This document shows, piece after piece, positions 53,623 through 64,000 of a stretch of 64,000 nt of DNA (its first letter is position 1; every line of letters starts with the position of its first letter). The translations under genes were made by a program, and so were the position numbers. The notes below the pieces were generated by a model. That model searched no databases. It was not told the origin of the DNA and was given only the letters and a program-made list of their open reading frames with translations. The stretch is taken from NCBI GenBank assembly GCA_964016885.1, contig OZ024742.1, forward strand, positions 44,516,001 to 44,580,000. Reading direction: 5' to 3'. This DNA is from Eledone cirrhosa (Eukaryota).

Positions 53623-53630
<8 letters not shown>
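53205..53630. repeat. Fold-back cassette (about 195-bp arms, tail on the left) in (TA)n
   Basis: Centre tgtttgctct aatc agagcaaaca; same family as 8373-8655. Confidence 0.8.
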
Positions 53631-53676
<46 letters not shown>

Positions 53677-53681
<5 letters not shown>

Positions 53682-55670
53682 ATACTTTGGGAGGGTCATG
53701 TTGCCAATAAGAAACACACGCACCAGTTGCTTTCACTTCAATTTATTATATATTTATAAATTCATAAATTTACAAATCTACAAACTTATAAATTATAAAT
53801 TTCTGGTTGGTTGGTTGGTTCCACAACCAGATAGTTGTTTATATATATAATCATAGTCCTTTCGTCACACACTCTGTGACCTCTTCAGTGACTGGGGATT
53901 CCTTTCTTCGTTTCTGTGCCTTTTCTTTCTTCTATCCTACGCCATTTTGTTTCTGTGTGTGTGTTGTGTGCTCAGTTTGCGCATGTGCCACATCCGGGTG
54001 TCTGTGTGTGTTTGTGTTCATTTTTCTATTTGTTTATTTATTTATTGTTGGTTGGTTGTTTGTTCTATGTGTGTGTGTGTTTTCATTTTGTCCTGTGTGT
54101 GTTTTCATTTTGTGTGTGTTTTCAATTGTAAGTTGTTTGTTCTATGTGTGTGTGTGTTTTCATTTTGTCCTTAATTGTAAGTTGTGATGTTGCTGTTCCA
54201 CTCATATTTTCTATTTAATTTTGGTTTTAATTCTTTTATGCTTACTGCCTCTGTAATTTGCCTAAACATTGCGTCTTTTCTGTGCGTGGATTCTATTTTT
54301 ATTTCTATGCTCTCTAATCTACCCCTGTGTTCTATCTTAGCATGTTGGTAGAGCACAGATGATTCTTTATTATCTTGGAGGTCTCGCCAGTGTTCACTTA
54401 TTCGTTCCCCTATACTACGAGCTGTCTCACCTATGTACACTATATTTTTGTTTCTACATTGTCCTTCAGTACATCTTATGCTATACACTACATTTCTAGT
54501 TTTACAGTTAATATGGGGGCTTATTTTACAGGTTATACATTTCTTATCTATACATGAGGGTCTTTGGAACGGGTATGTCTTGCTAATAAGTGTTTTTACG
54601 GAGGTACCAGGTCTTTCTACTATCTTAATATTGAGATTATGTTTATTTAGGGCCTTTCTAAATTTGTAGGCTAGTTCGCCTCTAGGGGTTGTATTGATGA
54701 ACATTACACTCTGGTATTTATTGCTATCATACCATGAGTTTATTCTATTGGTCTTGTTCCTAGTTCTTTCTATTCTATTCCAAAATTTGCTCCTATACAA
54801 GGGGCAAGTCCCATTTATGTCATTATTTACCATTTTTTCCATTTGGTTCTGGCTCCTTTATACACTCTGATTCTATCTCTCTGATTGTAGCCAGAGAACT
54901 GCATACGGTGGATGAAGTGTTGTATGTGTCTCTCTAGTTCTTCGGGGTTGCACATGCGGGACACATTTCTCATCACCCGTAATCAGTATGTTGATTTTGG
55001 TATGGTCCGAAATGGCCGAGTTTCGGTGGATCAGATGTTTGGAAGTCATGGGTTTGGCATAATGGGAATGGAGGATTTGTTTTTGGTTGTTAATGGTATC
55101 TAACCAGAGCTCTGTGTCTAGTACAGGTAATCGATGGTTGGGGTGTCTACTTGGGTAGTCTATAGTAACTCTAATGCTCTGGTGGATGGAGTTTGCTATT
55201 TGCTGGATGCTTTCCATTGTGTTTTTCTCTAGTTCCTGACTGTTCTTTAGTGGGGGTGTCTTAACTACGATGTTTATATCATCTACGTAGCGGGAGTACA
55301 TTATCAGGGTTAAGCTGTCTTCTAATTGTTCATTAAGTTTTTATTTAAGTCTACTGTCCCACCATACCATGAATAAGTTAGCTATGTCGCCTGCAATGCT
55401 AACACCAATGGCTGCTCCTTCCTCTTGGGCATATGTTTTACCATTAAATTTGAACATATGTTCCTTAAGGGTTAATTTTATGCTGGCCCCTACCGCATGT
55501 GCAATCATTTTCTTCAGTTCATCGTGGTTTTCGGGTGTCCGTATGGCTCTGGTCCACCCGTTCCATCTATCTGTGTGGGTTTTCTTGGCCATTGAGGTAA
55601 TGGTAGGTGGTCTGCCTCTTGCTGGTCTTGTAGGGCACAGGTTGCTAAGGTCACAGTTATCTATTTCATT
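53677..55670 (-). mobile_element. Penelope-like element (Nematis-like by motif), RT + GIY-YIG, frameshifted and 5'-truncated
   Basis: GAAIGVSIAGDIANLFMVWWD, RYVDD, LPVLD, CxxC..VVYSIRC..YIGET..HAKIEH in ORFs 55341-55592, 54873-55301 and 54171-54842. Confidence 0.9.
53849..53893 (-). ncRNA. Minimal hammerhead ribozyme in the PLE 3' pLTR
   Basis: Minus strand: agtca CTGAAGA g gtcac agagtgt gtgac GAAA ggac TA tgatt; same strand as the ORF. Confidence 0.8.
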
Positions 55671-55762
55671 TGATTAACGAACTGGACATTCCTGTAAGGA
55701 TTGTCTAGTCTCCTGAAACCTTTGGTAATGGAATAATTATATTGTATTGTTTATTATGTAAT

Positions 55763-55813
<51 letters not shown>

Positions 55814-55829
55814 TAAAATAACAGATTAA

Positions 55830-55880
55830 AGTTTAAGCAAAGAATCGCTGCTTTCACCCTCAACAGGATCTTCTGAAACT
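55830..55880 (-). ncRNA. Hammerhead motif, core variant CAGAAGA
   Basis: Minus strand: agttt CAGAAGA tcctgttgagggt GAAA gcag cgattct ttgc TT aaact; family of 23755-23800. Confidence 0.55.
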
Positions 55881-55984
55881 AAAAAAATCAATCTGTGAAC
55901 GCAGAAGTAAATATTTCGAAAAACGTTGCAACTGAAGGAAGACAGGAAAACGATACTTTGTTTCGTTCCTTGGCAAAGAACGGG

Positions 55985-56230
55985 AAAAAAACGAAGATAA
56001 TACGTCATTATTTGGAGCGATGAAAACAATTACACGCAAAGACAAAACCACATTTATGGTATAAATGAAGTCGTAGACTAATATTCTATTAGGTGGTTCA
56101 TGGAGACGTTCTCTGGCAATGAATGGAAAAAATGAAGATAATACATCATTATGTGGATCGGTGAGAACAATTACACACAAAGACAAAACCACTTTAATGG
56201 TATAACTGAAGTCGTAGACTAAAATTCTAA
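55985..56230. repeat. Two diverged tandem copies of about 120 bp
   Basis: gaagataatac.tcattat..acaattacac.caaagacaaaaccac..tgaagtcgtagactaa occurs twice. Confidence 0.8.
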
Positions 56231-56257
56231 CTAGCTTCAGAGTTAAGAATAATGTAA

Positions 56258-56296
<39 letters not shown>

Positions 56297-56312
56297 GTAA
56301 ATATATAAATAT

Positions 56313-56645
56313 ATCATTTCATTTTTACGTCCGCTTTTCCCTGCTTGCAAGGGTGGGACGGGAACTGATTCTGGCTTGATTTCTACAGCTGGATGCCCTT
56401 CCTAACACCAACCTCATTTACAGTGAGTGCTGGGTGCTTTTTTGCCGTGGCACCTCCACGACCACTTTGCAGTGGAATGATAGGGACCTCAGTCCCTATC
56501 ATCTCATTTCTACAGCTGAGTAAACTGGAACAATGTGAAATAAAGTGTCTTGCTCAAGGAAACAACACATCACCCGGTCCGAGAATTGAACTCACAACCT
56601 TTCAATTGCAAGCCCAATACTCTAACCACTAAGCCATGCGCCTTC
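56313..56645 (-). mobile_element. Composite tRNA-headed SINE with RTE-derived body and tail
   Basis: Minus strand: tggcttagtggttagag (A box), gagttcaattctc (B box), ccttgagcaagacacttta, ggtgttaggaagggcatccagc, cccacccttgcaagcagggaaaagcggacgtaaa tail. Confidence 0.75.
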
Positions 56646-56999
56646 TACATATATATATATATATGTGTATGTGTGAGTTTTGGTAGACATTTGTAGATGA
56701 AAGATCAAGGATAATAGTGCTCAATCTTTTGGAAGAGAGTTTATTTAGTGTAAACAAAATTATATACACTTAACATGTATGTGCTACCATTGGTTTTGAG
56801 GTTCAGTCATGGCCACCATTGTATAATGGAGGAGGCATTTTTAAACTGGTCATTCATTCAGGACCTCGAAACCAATGGTAGCACATACATGTTAAGTGAA
56901 TGTAACTTTGTTTATACTATATATATATTCATCTAACCCATGCCAGATGGAAAAAGAGGAAGTTAAACGGTGATGATGATGATAATGATATATATATAT

Positions 57000-57217
57000 A
57001 TATGAAAAGTGGTCGTGTAGGAGACATGGTAAAAAGGCTCCCAGTCCACACTGTAAATGTGGTTGGTGTTGGGAAGGGCATAGCCATAGAAAACCTGTGA
57101 GAAACAGTTCTGTACAAGTGAGACACGGTCACCTGACCAATCTTGCCTTAAGTGAGACAAACCCGACCAACCCATGCTAGCGTGGAAGATGGACGTTAAA
57201 CGATGATGATGATGATG

Positions 57218-57220
<3 letters not shown>
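57000..57220 (+). mobile_element. RTE 3'UTR fragment with (GAT)n tail
   Basis: cactgtaaatgtggttggtgttgggaagggcat..aacccatgctagcgtggaagatggacgttaaacgatgatg. Confidence 0.75.
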
Positions 57221-57256
<36 letters not shown>

Positions 57257-57525
57257 TCAGTATCATCATCATCATATGTCCGCTTTTCCTTGCTATATAT
57301 ATGCATTCGTACATATATCTAAGAGATACAGAGTTTGTTTCTTCAAAGCAATCGTTGGTAACATCTATTTCCATCCCTATGGGTGATTTTTATAAGCTAA
57401 TTTATAGCAACTCACTGTAATTGCAGTTATTTTCTGCGATTGAACATCCTACATCAGGAGTCTCTGGAAGGCATGCTTGAGAACTCTGTCACCATGATTC
57501 TCTTAAAAATAATAATAATAATAAT

Positions 57526-57574
<49 letters not shown>

Positions 57575-60500
57575 GGGAAGAAGACGCACATGGTGGATAG
57601 AAGGTCGTGAAATCGCTCCCGTAAGTTTTGATTTTTTAACATATTTAAATCAATTGTGAAATAACAATTCTTATTACAAATGATACATAAAATATCCGGC
57701 TTGAGTCCCAAAAAATTTCGGATCCATAATATATTGTTATATCGCTCAAATATTCAATTTTGTATTATACATTTTATATTCAAAAAAAGAAAATGGTTAT
57801 AAATGGAAGAAAACCCCCTCTGTCTACACTATATAGAACAGCCAAATAACAGCAATTTCACCAACATCAGAAACTAGATACACCACCTACCCCATCACCC
57901 CTCTGTGTACACTAAACACAACAGCCAGATAACGGCAATTTCACCACCACCACCACCAATCTCAGCATAATAATAATAATTACTATTATTATTGCCTCAA
58001 GTTTTAGTTTTAACAAAATGTTTAATTCCAATATTAAGAAAATATGTCAACACATATACGCGACTAACGATAATTTCACTAAAGATAATTTCACCACCAA
58101 CACCACCACCACTACCACGATGAAAACTCTGGTCAAGTCGACTCAAATTTCTACTCCAACTTCAACACCATCACTACAGTAATACGACCACATCACCACC
58201 ACCACTGCCTCATTATCGCTACCGCCGCTATTCTCTCTCACTACCTCCTGCTAGTTGCTGCTAGCACACCACCACCACCACCACCACCACCACCACTGCC
58301 TCATTATCACTACCGCCGCTATTCTCTCCCGCTAGCCACTGCTACATTGTAGAATTCTCACTAAAAGAGGAAGGCATCAAAATATATAAATAGACTGAAT
58401 TGATGAACCGGTCAAATCAAAAAAACAAAAATCAAAATCAAAGCAGCACAGCAACAACGAAAAACGTAAAGAAAATAAGAATGAAGAGAAAAACAAACAG
58501 ACGGACAGAGAAGGGTAGGGAAAAACTAAGTCAGACATTCAAACACTACATTACAATGAAACTTATGCTTATTCATTTTTGGGGTTTTTTCTGCCTGTTT
58601 GTTTGTTTGTTTATTTGTGTTCGTCTACAGCGTGATAATGCCACACAAAAGTCACGTGGAGTGACGAAACCACCGGAGACGATGAATTCACCGGTGGTTA
58701 TGTAACCATACATTCGCCAATCCTCGATAAGAGTGTTTAAATGTCGAACCTAAACAGTTCGAATAACGGTGAAATGGAGACTAGAATGTCATGTGACAGA
58801 CTCTCACCCAACAGGTGCTCCCTGGCTCAGCAGCAGGGACCTGGCTGTCAACCAAATACTGCTGGTGTTGGAGGAAGAAGAAGAAGGAAAGGGACCAGAA
58901 CCAACTGGACGAAAGAATTGAATAGAACTGTTATGCAATGTTACCTGAAGAGTAACTCCAAGGAGAAAGGCTATAGGAAACGGATGCATAACATCTGGAA
59001 CGAGATTGGTCTATTTAAATTAGATGAACAAAAATTGGCCGGGCAGGCTCGGGTAATAAGAACTAATGGGTGGATAAGCGAGCTGGAACTGGAGGAACTG
59101 AGCAGAGAGATTAGCTTGGAAATGGAGAGTGGAGTATGCCAGGCAAACGAGCCAGTCGGAAATGAAGGTGAAGAGGTCGAGAGAACGGAGGAACCACCCG
59201 AAGCAAACAATGATCTGAATGCTGAGATAAATAGTACCTGGAACAGAGATACGGCCACTGAGGAGATGAATGCTGACGGGCTAGGACAAGATTTGGTTGA
59301 TATCCTAAACTTAGTGGTAGATGAATTGAACAATGATAGTGGGAGACCTATGAACCTAAGATTTGTAGACAGGAAAAAGTTAAAAGAAACAACAGCTAAG
59401 GTAAACAAAGTCATCCCATACCTTGAGGCGAGGAGCCTTCACCAGTGCAACAATATCCTCAAAGCAACAGCAAATACGGTGAGGAAACTACTTGGTATAA
59501 AAGCGAGAGGAAACAACAGACAAGAAAGAACAGAGCCTTGGTGGAAGAAACGACTGAGTGGTCAAATCAGGGAAATGAGAAATGACATTGGAAAGCTTGA
59601 GTTCCTACTGAATGGGACACTAAAAAACATAGACACTAAAAATAGACTGGAAATAAAGTACAAAACTAGGAGGAAAAAGCTAAATATTATCATAGAGGAA
59701 CTGAAGCAACGCATTGTAGCAAAGAGTGCAAAAATCAGGCGATACGAGAACAGAGTCAGTCAGTATAGACAGAACCGCATGTTCGACAACAACCAGAAGA
59801 TGTTGTTTGGACAGCTTGAAGGGAAAGAAAGAGGCAACGACTTGATCCCTGAGGCGGAACAAACTAAAACATTCTGGAGAGGAATATGGGAGCAGGATGT
59901 TAAACATAATGACCAGGCAGTGTGGATTGAGACAGTACAGAAGGAGATCAGTGAACAGGCACACCAACAAACTGATTTGAGTATCACAGTTGAAACTCTT
60001 AAGGGGCAGGCCAAAAAACTAACCAACTGGAAATCACCAGGCCCAGATGGTGTTGGATTAAAAATATAACATCCCTCCACCCAAAACTGATAACCATATT
60101 CAATGACTGCTTGATGTCAGGTGAGGTACCACAGTTCTGATAATGAAAGACCGAATCAAGGGTAATGATGTTACCAACTATAGACCTATCACATGTCTGT
60201 CCGTAATGTGGAAACTGTTGACAAGCATTATGTCTGAGGAAATCTACCATCACCTCCACACAAACAACTTGTTACCGGACGAACAGAAAGGATGCCGAAA
60301 GAAGTCACGTGGTACAAAGGACCAGTTACTTATTGATAAGATGGTAATGAGGAATTGCAAGAGGAGGCACACTGGTCTTGTCATGGGATGGATAGACTAC
60401 AAAAAGGCATTTGACATGGTGCCTCATTCTTGGATCACCAAAAGCCTGGAGATCTTCAAGGTGGCAGTTAACATCAGACAGTTGTTGGACAAAAGTATGA

Positions 60501-62192
60501 AGTCCTGGGAAACAGAGTTAACATCAACTGGAGAATCCTTGGGAAGCGTGAAGATCAAGAGAGGTATCTTCCAGGGAGATAGTCTGTCCCCTCTGTTGTT
60601 TGTCCTTGCCCTGATGCCCTTGACCAGTGTACTGCGAAAAGTGAGAAAGGGAGGGCTTACCATCAATCACCTCCTCTTCATAGACGATCTTAAGCTCTTC
60701 GGGAAGAGTGAGAAGGAGTTGGATGTGCTTGTTGACACTGTCCGTATTTTCAGCAATGATATATGTATGCAATTTGGTATTAGTAAGTGTGGAGTCATTG
60801 TGATGAGGAGGGGTAAGTTGAGCAGAAGTAACTGAATCCAGGTACCAACAGGTGAGATGATAAAGGAAATTGACTCTGAGGAAGGATACAAGTATTTGGG
60901 CGTTCTGGAGGCTGATGACATCAAGAACAAAAAAATGAAGGAATTGATAAGAACTGAATACCTTCGGAGAGTAAGGAGCGTATTAAAGTCACATCTGAAC
61001 AGTAGGAATGCCATAAGTGCAGTAAATTCCCGAGCTGTGTCTATTATTAGGTACAGTGCGGGAATTCTGAGATGGAATGTTGCTGAACAAAAAGAAATGT
61101 ATCGGAAGACTAGGAAGCTATTGACTATCTACAACATGTTCCACAAGAGGAGTGATGTCGATAGACTCTACTTAAGGAGATCTGAGGGTGGAAGAGGTCT
61201 TATCAGCATAGAGGACTGTGTTCAGCTGGAGAAAAACAACCTACACAAATACGTGACTGATAGTAAGGAGCCAATGCTCAGAACTGTACTGAAGGAGGGG
61301 ACAATAGGCCAGGGGATGTCCAAGGAGGAAATAACATCAAGGAGAAAGAGCAGCCTTCAGGAAAAATCCCTTCATAGTACCTTCTTTGAGAGAACTGAAT
61401 TTAGAGATCCACAGACATGGAACTGGTTGAAAAGAGGAGACCTTAAAAAGGCTACAGAAGGAATGTTAATGGCTGCGCAGGAGCAGGCCCTCAAAACGAA
61501 GTGGTTGAAACACCACATTTACAAGGAGGAGGCTAGCCCACTGTGCAGGATCTGTGGAGAGAGAGAGGAGACTGGGGCTCACATTGTATCCGAGTGTAAA
61601 CACCTAGCCCAGACTCACTATAAGGGCTGGAGACATGATGTGATGGACAGGGTGATCCACTGGCACCTATGCAAAGTAAACAATTTACCACATTCTGAGA
61701 AGTGGTATGAGTATAAGCCAGAGGCGGCGATAGAAAACGATCAGGTGAAGGTGCTGTGGGATTTTAGGATACAGACAGACAAGAAACTGGAACACAATAG
61801 ACCTGACCTGGTGGTTTTGGACAAAGAAAAAAGATCGTGCCTGATTGTGGATGTGGCCTGCCCATTCGACACGAGAGTGCAAGAGAAGGAGAGGGAGAAA
61901 ATTAACCGATACCAGGACTTAAAGTGGGAGGTAAAAAGGATTTGGAACTGCCATGAAGTCAAAGTGATCCCGATTGTCATAGGCGCACTAGGGACTATCT
62001 CAAAAAGTTTCCAGGGATGGTTAAAGAAAATTGGCCCCTTCACGCTTTTTGGAACGCTTCAAAAGGTATGCTTGCTGGGAACAGCAAGAACCCTCCGATA
62101 CGTCCTGAATATCTGAGGCTGCAGGTAGTGGCTTGATATTCATTTCAACAAACTTTCCAGTTAACTAACATCAATGACTGAGACTCAAAGAG
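57575..62192 (+). mobile_element. R4/Dong-clade non-LTR retrotransposon between (TAA)n tracts; 5' boundary uncertain
   Basis: Single ORF with RT plus CCHC and restriction-like endonuclease; short 3'UTR runs directly into (TAA)n; another (TAA)n at 57510-57574. Confidence 0.8.
58741..62116 (+). pseudogene. R4/Dong ORF: N-terminal domain, RT, CCHC zinc knuckle, PD..D..K endonuclease; disrupted near 60060-60140 and 60835
   Basis: [73 protein letters not shown]. Confidence 0.92.
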
Positions 62193-62199
62193 TAATAAC

Positions 62200-62265
<66 letters not shown>
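62193..62265. repeat. (TAA)n microsatellite shared by two convergent retrotransposon 3' ends
   Basis: Directly visible. Confidence 0.95.
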
Positions 62266-62266
<1 letters not shown>

Positions 62267-64000
62267 TTTTCTTTATTAACCACAAGGGTTTACATAAAGT
62301 AGACATTAAGGACAGTACAGGACAATACAGGACGGTACAAATGGGCATTTCTGCGTGTAAAAAAACAGAGGATGAAATAAAATAACAAAGAAAAATTCAC
62401 CAATAGGGGGGAGACTTCCGAGGGACATTTGTGGAGAAAGCCCATTAAAAGACCACAGTGGCTGACCACCAGGGCAAGTGTCCTCTCCCAGTTTTCCACC
62501 TTTAATTTACAGACACATACTCAGAGAAGGCCCATTCATTCGGGCCATACTTGCTTCTCTCACCCATCTTTCAACAAAATGCTGGGAAGAGAGCACTTCC
62601 CTCTCTACCCTGATTTTCCTTTTCAGATGAAATTTGAAAAAGTTAATCAGGGCATCACCGAAGAGGTAAGTGCTCGTCTTCAACCTTTTCAAACGTGTCC
62701 ATCATACTATCTCTTTCGCCATGGCCACCAGACAGATAAAAACTGCCTGCCCTTCCCGGCTAAAGGAAGGGGGCGGGGCAATCCTCACGATGGACTCAGC
62801 TGATAGCTGGATCCGTCCTACACGTGACAGCAGGTGTTCGACATAAACCCACAAGTCAGCAATGCTCGGACACTGGACGAGTGCGTGCAGGACGGTTTCG
62901 TCGCCCTGCGCGCATCTCGGACATGCCCGGCTGACGGCACCTCCATGCCTGTAGAGTTTATCCTGAACTGGCAAAGCTCCTCGGTAGCACTGCCAGGCCA
63001 GGGATTTCTGGAAGTTGTCCATAGGCCCCGGCCCGAAAGTTCTTCCGAAGAGATTGGCTAGTTGATTTTCGTCGACGCCTAGAGTTTCTCCAAGTACGTC
63101 GTCGCTCTTCCCCTCCACTAATCCCCTATAGAACGCCAAGGTGGAGTTTCCACCGATCACATTGCCCGATTGGTCGAGGGCTGTGAGCGCCTGAAGACAT
63201 TCCAGTCTCCAAGCGCTCCCTCTCGGTCTTCGCTTGACCCAGGACTGCAGCTCCGTCAAGGAGACGAGCTGGGGAAAAACCCGTCTAGCAAACGGCGACC
63301 ACACCTGATCACCGTCGAGGAAGAGGTGGAGATGTCGTAGCCTGAGCGCGTGTCTGCGCATCATCAGCCACGGCATGCCCAGCCCTCCACGTAGCGGGTG
63401 TTGACAGCAGATGGACCGCCTGACCATCGGAGCGCGTCCCTTCCACAAGAAGCGAAAGAGCAAACGCTCCAGCGCAGTCAGGCGGGGCTTAGGACAAGGT
63501 ACGACGGTCAGGCGGTAGTAGATAACGGATGCGATGTACGCATTCGCCACCTCCGCTCGACCTTACAGGGATAGCTTCCTCTCGGCCCATTTCTGGGTGA
63601 GAGAAGACACCCTGCTCGTCACCTCGTCCCAGTTTTTGTCCGTTTTTGATGTTGAACGGTTCCGAAAGGTGACCGTTCACTCTCACTACAGAGCAGATGT
63701 CGCTGTGCATGGCAGCGATCCAGCCTCTGAAGACGGGCCCAAAGCCAGCCGCCCTCAGGACTGCCGCTAGGTAACGATGGTCGACCCTATCGAAAGCTTT
63801 CGACTGATCTAAATTGATCAAAGACCCACCCGTGCCAGGTTCCCTAGCTACCCTCTCTACGATGTATCGCATGAGGTGGAGGTTGTCGTGGATGGATCTG
63901 TCGGGAATGGCGCATGTCTGTGCCTCTCCCACCAGACCACCAACGTCAAGCGCCAACCTCTTTGCTAGCACCTTGGCCAAAATCTTGAACTCTGTGTTTA
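62266..64000 (-). mobile_element. Tx1/L1-clade non-LTR retrotransposon ORF2 remnant, internally deleted, runs off the window
   Basis: KILAKVLAKRL, LDQSKAFDRVDH, GGLGMP, CPRC..ETVLHALVQC; QG/YADD segment is missing near 63645. Confidence 0.85.

Overview
Eukaryotic, very AT-rich, repeat-saturated genomic DNA. The (TA)n/(ATC)n/(TAA)n microsatellites, RTE LINEs and Meta-domain SINEs suggest an invertebrate, probably an octopus-like cephalopod (inference only). The only clear host gene is a single-coding-exon Di-Ras (DIRAS) small GTPase at 31863-32459 (+), with a splice acceptor 33 nt upstream of the ATG. The rest is mobile DNA: several RTE-clade LINEs (one near full length, with a PHD-type zinc finger inside the RT ORF), two Penelope-like elements (RT + GIY-YIG), an R4/Dong-type RLE retrotransposon, a Tx1/L1-type element, a CR1/L2 fragment, many SINEs and MITEs, and two minisatellites (29 bp and 37 bp units). 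The most striking signal not captured by ORFs is a dense set of minimal type-I hammerhead ribozyme motifs (CUGANGA..GAAA..UH) from at least six unrelated sequence families. Many lie in short non-coding fold-back cassettes embedded in (TA)n, some with a hammerhead on each strand, and several end in a small covarying stem-loop tail. All RNA structures were folded by eye, no database search was run, and repeat boundaries are approximate.
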